From: Anaeromyxobacteraceae bacterium
GTDB taxonomy: Bacteria > Myxococcota > Myxococcia > Myxococcales > Anaeromyxobacteraceae
NCBI GenBank assembly: GCA_035762305.1
Contig: DASTPH010000096.1
Coordinates: 984 to 64,983, forward strand
DNA length: 64,000 bases
Direction: 5' to 3'
Part shown: one piece after another, positions 52,491 to 62,900 of the stretch
Numbering within the stretch: the first letter of the stretch is position 1
Layout of the letters: every line of letters starts with the position of its first letter
Position numbers and translations under genes: made by a program
The notes under the pieces: generated by a model
Database searches by the model: none
The model's input: the letters and a program-made list of their open reading frames with translations, nothing else
Told to the model about the DNA's origin: nothing

Positions 52491-55055
52491 CTAGGCCACC
52501 ACCCTCATCTTCTTGCCGGCGGTCTGGTACTCCTTCAGCTCGTCGAACTGGAGGTAGCGGTACACCTTGTCGGCCTTGGGGGCGATCTTCTCGGCGTAGA
52601 CCTTGAAGTACTCCTCCGGCGTCGGCAGGCGCCCCAGGCCCGAGGCCACCGCCCCCAGCTCGGCCGAGCCCAGGAACACCTTGGCCTGGTCGCCCATGCG
52701 GTCGTCGAAGTTGCGGGTGGAGGTGGAGTAGACGGTGGCCCCGTCCGGAACCCGGGCCTGGTTGCCCATGCACAGCGAGCAGCCGGCCACCTCGATGCGG
52801 GCCCCGATGGCGCTGAACACCGAGAAGTAGGCCTCGTCGCGCAGCTCCTGCTGGTCCATCCGGGTGGGCGGGCAGATCCAGGTGCGCACCGCCGGGTTGA
52901 ACTTCTGCCCCTTCCAGATCTCGCCGGCGGCGCGGAAGTGGCCGATGTTGGTCATGCAGCTGCCCAGGAAGACGTCGTCGATCTTGGTGCCGGCCACCTC
53001 GGAGAGGCGCTTCACGTCGTCCGGGTCGTTGGGGCAGGCCAGGATGGGCTCCCGCACCTCCCCGAGGTCGATCTCGATCACCGCCGCGTACTCGGCGTTC
53101 GGGTCGGCGGAGAGGAGCGCCGGCTTCTTGAGCCACTTCTCCACGTCCTGGATGCGCTTCTGCAGGGTCTTCGGGTCGGCGTACCCGTCGGCGATCATCT
53201 TGCGCATCAGCGCGGCGTTGGAGCGCAGGTAGTCGGCCACGCTCTTCTCGGAGAGCTTCACGGTGGCGGCCGCGGCCGAGCGCTCGGCGGCGGCGTCGGT
53301 GAGCTCGAAGGCCTGCTCCACGGTGAGGTCGGGCAGCCCCTCCATCTCGAGGATGCGCCCGTTGAAGACGTTCTTCTTCCCCTTCTTGGGCACGGTGAGC
53401 AGCCCCTGCTTGATGGCCCAGGAGGGGATGGCGTTCACCACGTCGCGCAGGGTGATGCCGGGCTCGAGCTTGCCCTTGAAGCGCACCAGCACCGACTCGG
53501 GCATGTCGAGCGGCATGAAGCCCAGCGCGCCGGCGAAGGCCACCAGCCCCGAGCCGGCCGGGAAGGAGACCCCGATGGGGAAGCGGGTGTGGCTGTCCCC
53601 GCCCGTGCCCACCGTGTCGGGGAGGAGCAGGCGGTTGAGCCAGGAGTGGATGACGCCGTCCCCGGGCTTGAGCGACACGCCGCCGCGCTCGACGACGAAC
53701 TGCGGCAGCGTCTTGTGCATCTTCACGTCCGCCGCCTTGGGGTAGGCGGCCGTGTGGCAGAAGGACTGCATGAACATGGGCGACTGGAACGTGAGGCAGG
53801 CGAGCTCCTTGAGCTCGTCGGCGGTCATGGGGCCGGTGGTGTCCTGCGACCCCACCGTGGTCATCCTGGGCTCGTAGTAGCCGCCTGGGAGGACGCCCGG
53901 CAGGCCGCAGGCCTTGCCCACCATCTTCTGCGCCAGGGTGTAGCCCTGGCCCGGCTTGGGCTGCGGGTTCACCACCTGGGCGAAGAGGTCGCTGGCCGGC
54001 TTCTTCAGGGCCTTGCGGGCCTTGTCGGTGAGGGCGCGGCCGATGGTGAGGGGGATGCGGCCGCCGGCCCGGTACTCGTCGGGCAGGGTGTTGGGCTTCA
54101 CCTGGAAGGTGGAGAGCACCTCGCCCGACTCGGAGCGGATCTCCCCCTTCTTGAAGTCCACCGTCACCACGTCGCCCATCTTGAGGCGGGAGACGTCGGC
54201 CTTGATGGGCAGCGCCCCCGAGTCCTGGGAGGTGGCGAAGAAGATGGGGGCGATGACGCCGCCCAGGATCACGCCGCCGCGCCGCTTGTTGGGCACGAAT
54301 GGGACGTCCTCGCCGATGTGCCACTGCACCGAGTTGCAGGCGCTCTTGCGCGAGGAGCCGGTGCCCACCACGTCGCCTGCGAAGGCCACCTGGAAGCCCT
54401 GGGCCCGGAACTCGGCGATCTGCCTCAGGCCGCCCGGGAAGCGGGTCTTGCCCATGGCCAGCGCATGCAGCGGGATGTCGGGGCGGGTGGAGGCGTCGCC
54501 GGCCGGCGAGAAGTCGTCGGTGTTGATCTCGCCGTCCACCCGGAAGACCTTGACCTTCACCTGGTCGGGGATGCCGGCCCGGGAGGTGAACCACTCGGCG
54601 GCCGCCCACGACTCCAGCACCTTCTTGGCCGCCGCGTTCTTGGCCTTGGCCAGGGCGGCCACGTCGTCGAAGGCCTCGTAAACGTAGGTGAGGCCGGAGA
54701 GCGCCTTGGCGGCGTCCTCGGCCAGGGCCTTGCTCTTGAGGGCGGCCACCAGGGGCGGGACGTTGTAGCCGCCGCCCATGGTCCCGAGCATGAAGACCGC
54801 GTCCTTCTTGGTGATGACCGGCGAGCGGGCCTTGCCGGCGGCCACCTGCGAGAGGAACTCGGCCTTCACCAGGGCGGCCGGATCCACGCCCGGGGAGACG
54901 CGGTCGCGCAGGAGCGCCAGGAGCTTCTCCTCCATCCCCTTGGGCGGCTTCTGGAGCAGCTTCACCACCTCGCGGGTTTGCTCGGGGTCGAGCGGACGGG
55001 GAGGGATGGCCTGCGCCTGCCGCTCCTCCACGTGCTTCAAATAGGCGTCCATCAC
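52491..55055 (-). CDS. acnB: Aconitate hydratase B (bifunctional aconitase 2 / 2-methylisocitrate dehydratase)
   Basis: 854 aa with AcnB-type N-terminal domain. Fe-S/active-site segments [30 protein letters not shown]. Confidence 0.95.
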   Translation of the reverse strand: MMDAYLKHVEERQAQAIPPRPLDPEQTREVVKLLQKPPKGMEEKLLALLRDRVSPGVDPAALVKAEFLSQVAAGKARSPVITKKDAVFMLGTMGGGYNVPPLVAALKSKALAEDAAKALSGLTYVYEAFDDVAALAKAKNAAAKKVLESWAAAEWFTSRAGIPDQVKVKVFRVDGEINTDDFSPAGDASTRPDIPLHALAMGKTRFPGGLRQIAEFRAQGFQVAFAGDVVGTGSSRKSACNSVQWHIGEDVPFVPNKRRGGVILGGVIAPIFFATSQDSGALPIKADVSRLKMGDVVTVDFKKGEIRSESGEVLSTFQVKPNTLPDEYRAGGRIPLTIGRALTDKARKALKKPASDLFAQVVNPQPKPGQGYTLAQKMVGKACGLPGVLPGGYYEPRMTTVGSQDTTGPMTADELKELACLTFQSPMFMQSFCHTAAYPKAADVKMHKTLPQFVVERGGVSLKPGDGVIHSWLNRLLLPDTVGTGGDSHTRFPIGVSFPAGSGLVAFAGALGFMPLDMPESVLVRFKGKLEPGITLRDVVNAIPSWAIKQGLLTVPKKGKKNVFNGRILEMEGLPDLTVEQAFELTDAAAERSAAAATVKLSEKSVADYLRSNAALMRKMIADGYADPKTLQKRIQDVEKWLKKPALLSADPNAEYAAVIEIDLGEVREPILACPNDPDDVKRLSEVAGTKIDDVFLGSCMTNIGHFRAAGEIWKGQKFNPAVRTWICPPTRMDQQELRDEAYFSVFSAIGARIEVAGCSLCMGNQARVPDGATVYSTSTRNFDDRMGDQAKVFLGSAELGAVASGLGRLPTPEEYFKVYAEKIAPKADKVYRYLQFDELKEYQTAGKKMRVVA

Positions 55056-55204
55056 GGCGGTGGTCTCCTTCGGTGGGAGGGATGGGCCCGGCGGTCAAGG
55101 CCCTTTGAAAACGTGGCCTTATACCGCAACCGGCCCGCGCTGTCAGCGACGGCGCGGCCGGGGTCGGACCTTGACGTAAGCCAAATTTCCCGGAGGCGGG
55201 GGCG

Positions 55205-56007
55205 TTACCCCGCCGCGCGCACGTCCACACGGTTGTCGTAGAAGGTCGAGCCGCCGGCCTCGTCGGTGAGGCGCTGCGAGGTGAGGGCGTTCACGGTCCG
55301 TTCACCCGGGGCATGGGCCGCCCAGAAGACTCCCTCGGCCACCACCACCCCGCGCGGCGCGTCGGCGCTCACCTCCAGCTCGAAGGCCACCTCGCCGAGC
55401 TCGTTCCAGGCGAAGACCCGCTGGCCGTCGCGGAGGCCGCGCTCGGCGGCGTCGGCCGGGTTCATGAGGAGGCGCATGGCCCGCCGGCGGCGGCGCAGGT
55501 CCTCGCGCTCGCCGAAGGTGGAGTTGAGCGAGTAGAGGCTGGCCCCGGTCATGAGGCGGAAGGGGTGGCGCCCCGACTCCTCGTGGGTGGGGAGCAGATG
55601 GTGCGGTCGAGCCGGGAGGCGCCCAGGCGGTGGAAGAAGGCGTGGCCGGCGTTGCGCTGCAAAAGGCCCATGGTGCCGGCGTAGGAGTAGGGCAGGATGG
55701 CCTCGCCGCCGTGCTCGGCCAGGATGGCCCGCCAGCGGGCGGCGATCTCCGCCACCGCCTCGTCCCAGCTCGTGGGCCGGAACTCGCCCGACCCCTTGGG
55801 ACCGCTGCGCCTGAGCGGCGTGGCGAGCCGCAGCGGCGAGTGCACCGTGTCCTGGTAGCGGTTCATCTTCGGGCAGAGGGTGCCCCGGCTGAAGGGGTGC
55901 TCCGGGTCGCCCCGCACCGAGAAGGCGCGGCCGCCCTCCACCTCCACCAGCATCCCGCAGGCGTCGGGGCAGTCGTAGGGGCAGACGGAACGGACGAGGC
56001 GCGGCAC
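55205..56007 (-). pseudogene. Molybdopterin (bis-MGD) oxidoreductase remnant with the catalytic core deleted
   Basis: The N-terminal 4Fe-4S Mo/W domain (VRSVCPYDCPDACGMLVEVEGGRAF ... LDRTICS) is joined after about 150 aa to the C-terminal MopB_CT barrel (LLMNPADAAERGLRDGQRVFAWNELGEVAFELEV...). They appear as two ORFs meeting at an ATGA at 55549-55552. Confidence 0.65.
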
Positions 56008-56206
56008 GGCCAGGGCATCATAGCCCGGCGGCGGGGGCGCGCGCGGCACCTGGGGTCCGCCAGGCATGGGCACCGGCTTCCGCCTCGCCCTCCCCCGTCG
56101 CGGGGCGGTGGCCCTGGGTCTGCCCACCGCCTTCTGACCGCCGGGCGTGGCTGCCGCGCCGCCCGTTGACGGCGCGCTCGCGCCGTCGCAGCCTGTCGGC
56201 GCCATC

Positions 56207-57181
56207 ATGAAGGCCCTGGTCACCGGCGCGGCGGGCTTCCTGGGATCCCGGCTGGTGCGGCTGTTGCTCGCGCGAGGGCACGCGGTGCGGGCTCTGCTCA
56301 GGCCTGGCCAGGCGCTCGGGCCGCTCGCTGGGCTGGAGGTGGAGGAGGCCCGCGGCGACGTCACCGAGCCCCACTCGCTGGAGCGCGCGGTGGAGGGCTG
56401 CGACTGGGCCTTCCACCTGGCCGGGGTTCGCCGCGCGGCCAGCCGCCAACTGTTCCTGGAGGTGAACGCCGAGGGGACGCGGCACCTCGTCGAGGCCTGC
56501 CTTTCCGCCGCGCCCGGCCTGGCCCGCTTGGTCCTCGCCGGCTCGCTCGCCGCGGCCGGCCCCTCCGCCACCGGAAAGCGCGAGGAGGACCCGCTCCAGC
56601 CGGCGGAGTGGTACGGCGAGTCCAAGGCGGAGGCGGAGCGCATCGCCCTCTCCTACGCCGGCCGGCTCCCGGTGACCGTGGCCCGGCCGCCCCGCATCGT
56701 CGGCCCCGGCGATCGGGAGAACCTGGTCTTCTTCAAGATCGTCAAGGCCGGCTTCCTCCTCGACCTCCGGGGCCCGCCGCGCCCGCTCTCCTTCGTGGAC
56801 GTGGAGGACTGCGCCCGCGGCTTCCTCCTGCTCGCCGAGAGCCCGGCCGCGCCGGGAGAGGCCTTCTTCCTCGCCTCGGAGGAGCGCACCGACCTCGTCG
56901 GGCTGCAGCGCCAGGTGGCCCGGGCGCTGGGCGTCTCGCCCCGCGCCCTTCCGGTCCCGGCGGCGCTCCTCTCGGCGCTGGCCTGGGTCGCCGACGCCGC
57001 GACCCTGGCCTCGGGCGTGAAGTTGCCCTTGAACCGCAAGCTGGCCCGCCAGATGCTCGCTCCCGGCTGGACATGCGACCCCGGGAAGGCGCGGCGGCTC
57101 CTGGGGTTCGAGGCCCGGGTCTCGCTGGCCGAGTCGGTGGACCGGGCCGCGCGCTGGTACCGCGAGCAGGCGTGGCTGTAG
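56207..57181 (+). CDS. NAD-dependent epimerase/dehydratase-family SDR
   Basis: MKALVTGAAGFLGSRLV Rossmann fold, YGESKAEAE (YxxxK). ATG 56207 preferred over 56147. Confidence 0.85.
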   Translation: MKALVTGAAGFLGSRLVRLLLARGHAVRALLRPGQALGPLAGLEVEEARGDVTEPHSLERAVEGCDWAFHLAGVRRAASRQLFLEVNAEGTRHLVEACLSAAPGLARLVLAGSLAAAGPSATGKREEDPLQPAEWYGESKAEAERIALSYAGRLPVTVARPPRIVGPGDRENLVFFKIVKAGFLLDLRGPPRPLSFVDVEDCARGFLLLAESPAAPGEAFFLASEERTDLVGLQRQVARALGVSPRALPVPAALLSALAWVADAATLASGVKLPLNRKLARQMLAPGWTCDPGKARRLLGFEARVSLAESVDRAARWYREQAWL

Positions 57182-57651
57182 GCCTCGCCCTGGACCGGAG
57201 GGACGTGAGATCACGACCTCGGTCGAGCTTTCGGAGCGCCGCCGCTCTTTAGACTGAGTCCAAACAGTTTAGAAGAACCGGATTCACCCGTTCGGGTCGT
57301 ACCGCCTCAGGCGAGCGATGGCCATCGCGACGTCACCGAGCCGCTGACGGCCGACCTGCGCCGGTTCCACGTCACCGTGTCGCGCGGCGCCGATCCGTGC
57401 TTTGGTCGCCGCGGGGGAGAGCCAGGTGGAGACGCCGGGACGAGCGCCCTGCGCCGGCTCATCGACCTGGCCCCGGTGAGCCTGGGGACGCCCCCCTGTC
57501 TCGGCACCTAGATGCGGGAGACGGTGCGGCGCAACGTGATGTGGTCCGCTGCGCTGGTGACCGGACCTTGCCGCGCAGCGTCACGATTGAGTCACGGCCG
57601 GTCTGGACCCCTTTTGACTTTCGCCGGGCCGCTCGATTAGACCCTGCCGCA

Positions 57652-58335
57652 ATGGCCGGCGGCGAGGCGTGCAAGGGCGCCTTCTTCGACGTGGACGGCA
57701 CGCTGGTGCGCACCAACCTGGTGCACGCCTTCGGCTTCTATGCCATGAACCAGGGATCGATCCTGGGCACCGCCTGGCAGACCCTGCGGACGGTGGCCTC
57801 CATCCCGCTCTTCTGGGCCACCGACAAGGTGAACCGCAAGCTCTTCAACGAGCTCTTCTACCGCTACTACCAGGGGCAGACCGAGGATCGGCTGGTGGTG
57901 CTGGCCGAGGAGCTGTTCCAGGAGGTGCTCCGGCCCGCCATCTACCCGGGCACGCCCCGCCTGCTCGACGAGGCCCGCCGGGCCGGCTGCCGCCTGGTGC
58001 TGTGCACCGGGGCCCTGGACCTCACCATGCGCCCGCTGGCGCGCCACCTGGGCGTGGACGACCTCATCGCCAACCGGATGCACTTCGTGGACGGCGTGGC
58101 CACCGGGCGGGTGGTGCCCCCCATCATCGAGGGGGCCCACAAGGCGCTGGCCATCCGCGACTACTGCCTGCGCCAGGGCCTGGCGCTCGAGCAGAGCCAC
58201 GCCTTCTCCGACTCCTTCTCCGATTACCCCATGCTGGCGGTAGTGGGTCACCCCACCGCCGTGAACCCGGACCTCCGGTTGCGCGGCGTGGCCCGGGCCT
58301 ACGAGTGGCCGGTGGTCTCCACCCTGGAGGGCTGA
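57652..58335 (+). CDS. HAD-IB family hydrolase/phosphatase
   Basis: Motif [10 protein letters not shown]. Also LCTGALD and [11 protein letters not shown]. Confidence 0.8.
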   Translation: MAGGEACKGAFFDVDGTLVRTNLVHAFGFYAMNQGSILGTAWQTLRTVASIPLFWATDKVNRKLFNELFYRYYQGQTEDRLVVLAEELFQEVLRPAIYPGTPRLLDEARRAGCRLVLCTGALDLTMRPLARHLGVDDLIANRMHFVDGVATGRVVPPIIEGAHKALAIRDYCLRQGLALEQSHAFSDSFSDYPMLAVVGHPTAVNPDLRLRGVARAYEWPVVSTLEG

Positions 58336-58337
58336 GA

Positions 58338-59951
58338 ATGCGGAACCCGCCGCGGCTCTCCCGCCTCTACGAGGCCACCGAGCAGGTGATCACCATCGAG
58401 AAGGACTCGCCGCCCCGCATCCTCTTCTCCGGCGAGGACCTGCTCCTGGAGGACCTCCCGGTTGGGACGCGGGTGGTCTACCCGCGCCCGCCGGTGGAGG
58501 GTCTCCCCAACGTGAAGAGCGCGGTGCGCTGGGCGCTGAACCACCCCGAGGGCTGCGAGCCGCTCCACGCCAAGCTCAGGCCGGGGATGAAGGTCACCAT
58601 CGCCGTGGACGACATCTCCCTGCCGCTCCCGCCCATGCGCACCCCGGACGTGCGCCAGACGGTGCTGGAGATCCTGCTGGAGCTCCTGGCCGACTCCGGC
58701 GTGGACGACGTCCACATCGTCATCGCCATCGCCCTGCACCGGCGCATGACCGAGCCGGAGGTGCGGCGCATGGTGGGGCGCCGCATCTTCGAGGCCTGGT
58801 GGCCGGACCGGCTCTACCACCACGACGCCGAGGACCCCGAGGGGCTGGTCCAGCTGGGGACCACCGAGCACGGCGAGAAGGTGGTCCTGAACCGGCGCGC
58901 CGCCGAGTCGGACCTCATCATCTACGTCAACCTGAACCTGGTCCCCATGGACGGGGGCCACAAGTCCATGGCCACCGGCCTCACCAGCTACCAGGGGGTG
59001 AAGGCCAACCACACCCCGGCCGCCATCCGCAAAAGCTGGTCCTACATGGACCCGCCGCGCTCCGAGCTGCACCGCTCGGTGGACCGCGTGGGGCGGCTCA
59101 TCGACCGCGAGCTGGACGTCTTCCACGTCGAGACCACCATCAACAACCGCATGTTCGACGGCCCCCTCGACTTCCTCGTCAAGCGAGAGGAGGACTTCGT
59201 CGAGGCCGACCGCCTCAAGTTCGAGGGGATGCGGGCGCTGCTCAAGCGCCTCCCCCGCGCCGCCAAGCGCAGGATGTTGCACGCCGTGCCGGCGGCTTAC
59301 GACGTCATCGCCGTCCACGCCGGCCGCACCGAGCCCACCCACAAGCGGATCCTGGAGGCCTCCTACGCCCAGTACCTGGTGGACGTGGACTTCCAGGCCG
59401 ACGTGCTCGTCTACGGCATCCCCTACATCTCGCCCTACAACGTGAACTCCATCCTGAACCCGCTCCTGGTGCAGGTGATGGCCTGCGGCTACTTCTTCAA
59501 CTTCTACCGGGGCAAGCCGCTGGTGAAGAAGGGCGGCACCCTCATCGTGACCCACCACTGCTCCGACGAGTTCGACCCGGACCAGCACCCGAGCTACATC
59601 GAATTCTTCCACCGGCTGCTGCCGGAGACCCGCGACTCGGCGCTGCTGGAGCAGAAGTACGAGCGCGAGTTCGCCGAGAACCCGAGCTACGTTCACATGT
59701 ACCGCACCGGGCACGCCTACCACGGGGCCCACCCCTTCTTCATGTGGTACTGGGGCGAGAACGGCCGCCAGCACCTGGGGCGGGTCATCGCCGTGGGCTC
59801 GGACAACGAGCACGTGCCCAGGCTCCTGGGCTGGGACAGCGCCAAGACGCTCTCCGAAGCCATCGACATGGCGCGCTCGGTCCACGGGCGCGGGGCGGAG
59901 ATCGCCCTCCTGCACCACCCCCCCATCGTCATGACGCAGAACCTCGGGTGA
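58338..59951 (+). CDS. LarA-like (lactate racemase N-terminal domain, DUF2088) protein, long form
   Basis: [24 protein letters not shown]...[15 protein letters not shown] matches the DUF2088 N-terminal pattern. 537 aa. Starts 2 nt after the HAD stop; its own stop overlaps the next start (GTGA). Confidence 0.7.
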   Translation: MRNPPRLSRLYEATEQVITIEKDSPPRILFSGEDLLLEDLPVGTRVVYPRPPVEGLPNVKSAVRWALNHPEGCEPLHAKLRPGMKVTIAVDDISLPLPPMRTPDVRQTVLEILLELLADSGVDDVHIVIAIALHRRMTEPEVRRMVGRRIFEAWWPDRLYHHDAEDPEGLVQLGTTEHGEKVVLNRRAAESDLIIYVNLNLVPMDGGHKSMATGLTSYQGVKANHTPAAIRKSWSYMDPPRSELHRSVDRVGRLIDRELDVFHVETTINNRMFDGPLDFLVKREEDFVEADRLKFEGMRALLKRLPRAAKRRMLHAVPAAYDVIAVHAGRTEPTHKRILEASYAQYLVDVDFQADVLVYGIPYISPYNVNSILNPLLVQVMACGYFFNFYRGKPLVKKGGTLIVTHHCSDEFDPDQHPSYIEFFHRLLPETRDSALLEQKYEREFAENPSYVHMYRTGHAYHGAHPFFMWYWGENGRQHLGRVIAVGSDNEHVPRLLGWDSAKTLSEAIDMARSVHGRGAEIALLHHPPIVMTQNLG

Positions 59952-62900
59952 GCGTGGGACGCGGCGACGACCAGGCCGGCCGCGGCCAGAAGGCCCCGCT
60001 GCGGGCGGTGCCGCCGCCCAGGCCGCCGCTGGACGTCGGGGCGGCCCTGGCCGGGCGCCGGCTGCTCGTCACCGGCGCCACCGGCTTCGTGGGCAAGGTG
60101 GCGCTCTCACTCCTGCTGCACCGGTACCCCCAGGTGGGAAGGGTGTTCGTGCTGCTGCGCCCCGGCACCGGCGGCAGCGCCGAGTCGCGCTTCTGGGACA
60201 AGGTGGCCGGGGCCCGCCCCTTCGACCCGTTGCGGGAGCAGCACGGGGCGCGCTTCGAGGCCTTCCTGCGCGAGAAGTGCCTGCCGCTGGCCGGCGACGT
60301 CTCCGATCCCTTCTTCGGCCTCTCGGAGCGCGACCTCTCGGCGCTGGCCGGCCTGGACCTCCTCGTGAACTGCGCCGGGCTGGTGGACTTCAATCCCTCG
60401 CTGGAGCTGGCCATCCAGGTGAACACCCGCGGCGCCGGCAACGCGGTGGCGCTGTGCCGGCGCCTGGGGGCCTCGCTGCTCCACGTCTCCACCTGCTTCG
60501 TGGCCGGGAACCGGGACGGCGTGGTCTTCGAGGACGAGCCGGTGGCCGGGTACTTCCCCCGCCGCGAGGGGGTGGTGGGCCGTCCCAAGGAGCCGGCGCT
60601 CCACGCCTCGGCTTTCGACCCCGACGAGGAGCTGGCCGACTGCGAGCGGCGCATCGCCGCGGTGCGGGCCGAGGCCGAGGACCGGGTCCTCGGCTCCGGC
60701 TTCCGCGAGCGGGCCGCCGAGCGGCTCCGCCAGGAGGGGCGCGACCTCTCCGACGAGAAGGCGCTGCGCCTGGCGGCCGGGCGCGAGAAGCGGCTGTGGA
60801 TCTCCCAGCGGCTGGTGGACCTGGGGATGGAGCGCGCCCGGCACTGGGGCTGGCCCAACACCTACACCTTCACCAAGTCGCTGGGGGAGCAGCTCATCGC
60901 CCGGAGCGGGGTGCGCCACGCCATCGTGCGCCCGGCCATCGTGGAGAGCGCGCTGCGCTACCCCTTCCCGGGCTGGAACGAGGGGTTCACCACCAGCGCC
61001 CCGCTGGCCTTCCTCTCGCTCAAGGGGCACCGCCTCTATCCGATGCACGAGAAGGCCATCCTGGACGTGGTGCCGGTGGACTTGGTGGCAGCCGGGGTGG
61101 TGGCGGTGTCGGCGGAGCTCCTCGACCGGGCCTGCCGCGGCGAGCCGCTCCCTGGGACCGCGGACGACGCGGACGGGGGCCAGCCCGGCGCGCCTGCCGT
61201 GTTCCACCTGGCCTCCGGGGACCTGAACCCGTTCTGGGTCAGACGCTGCGTCGAGCTGGTGGGGCTCTACCAGCGCCACCTCTACAAGGATCGCCAGGAG
61301 GGGAACCGCTTCTGGAACGCCGTCCTCTCCCGCCTCGAGCCGCAGTCGGTCTCCCGCCTCCACTTCGAGGCCATGAGCTCCCCGGCCCTGAAATCGCTGG
61401 CCCGCGAGGCGAGCCGCCTCTTGCGGGAGCGGACGCCGCGCTGGGGCGCCCCGCGCCTGTCGGCCATGGCGGCGCGGCTCGCCGACGGGCTCGACGAGGT
61501 CGAGTCCCATCTCGCCAAGAGCCAGGCCCTCTTCGAGCTCTACCTCCCCTTCGTGTGGGACAACAAATACGTCTTCCGCTGCGCCAACATCCGCGATCTC
61601 CAGGCCCGCCTCGACGACGCCGACCGCCAGCGCATCCCCTGGGACCCGGAGCGCATCGACTGGCGCCACTACTGGCTCGACGTCCACCTGAAGGGGCTGG
61701 AGCAGTGGGTCTTCCCTGGCCTGGAGGAGGAAGCCAAGAAGAAGGTCCACCCCATCCGCCCGCACCGCGACCTCCTGGAGCTGCTCGAGGCCGCCGCCGA
61801 GAACCACGGGCGCCGCACCGCCCTGCGCATGAGCGGCCAGCGCAAGGCGCGCTTCAGCTACGCCGAGGTGCGGCGGCTGGCCGGGCGGGTGGCCGCCTTC
61901 CTCGCCTCCGCCGGCGTCGGCAAGGGCGACCGGGTCCTGCTCATGGGCGAGAACCGGCCCGAGTGGCCCATCGCCTGGTTCGGGATCGTCCTCTGCGGCG
62001 GGGTCGTGGTGCCGGTGGATCACCAGCTCTCCGCCGCCGAGATGGCGAACCTCACCCGCAGCGCCGGGGCCCGGGTGCTGCTCCTCTCCGAGGCGGTCCG
62101 GGAGCGGCTCGACGACCTCCCGGCCGCGCTGGCCGCCGCCGGCCTCTCGCCGGCCCTGGCCCTCCTCGCCGAGGCGCTGGAGGGGGGACCGGCCCCTGCG
62201 CCGCCTCGGCCGCCGCTCATCCCCGACGACCCGGCCTCGCTCATCTTCACGAGCGGCACCACCGGCACGCCCAAGGGGGTGATGCTCTCCCACCGCAACT
62301 TCGCCAGCCTGGTGTCGCGGCTGGCCGGGGTCTTCGACCTCGGGCCGGGCGACGGGCTGCTCTCGGTGCTGCCGCTCCACCACACTTTCGAGTTCACCTG
62401 CGGGCTCCTGGTGCCGCTCTCCCGCGGCGCCGAGGTGGAGTACCTGGACGAGATCACCGCCGACACCCTGGGCGACGCCCTGGAGGAGGGCCGGGTCACC
62501 GCCATGATCGGCGTGCCCGCCCTGTGGTCGTTGCTCCATCGCCGCATCACCCAGGAGCTCTCGGCCCGGCCCGGGGTGGTGGAGGCGGCCTTCGGCCGGC
62601 TGCGCCAGCTCAACGCCGCCCTGCGCCAGCGTTACGCCCTGAACCTCGGAAAGCTCCTCTTCTGGCCGGTCCACCGCAGGCTGGGCGGGCGGCTGCGCAT
62701 CCTGGTCTCGGGCGGCTCGGCCCTCTCGCCGGAGGTGCAGCAGGCCTTCCACGAGATGGGCTTCGACCTCTACCAGGGCTACGGCCTCACCGAGGCGGCC
62801 CCGGTGCTCTCGGTCTCGGCCCCCGGCGACCGGGGCACGCGACTGGGCAACGTCGGACGGGCCCTGCCCGGCATCGAGATCCGCATCCTCGACCCGGATG

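Noticed and set aside
57307-57507. Small ORFs in the 470-bp gap (57307..57507 -, 57397.. + upstream of the HAD start)
   Set aside because: They have no RBS and are Arg/Pro/Ser-rich. The HAD motif I (FFDVDGTLV) follows ATG 57652 closely, so the upstream in-frame extension is unlikely to be real.
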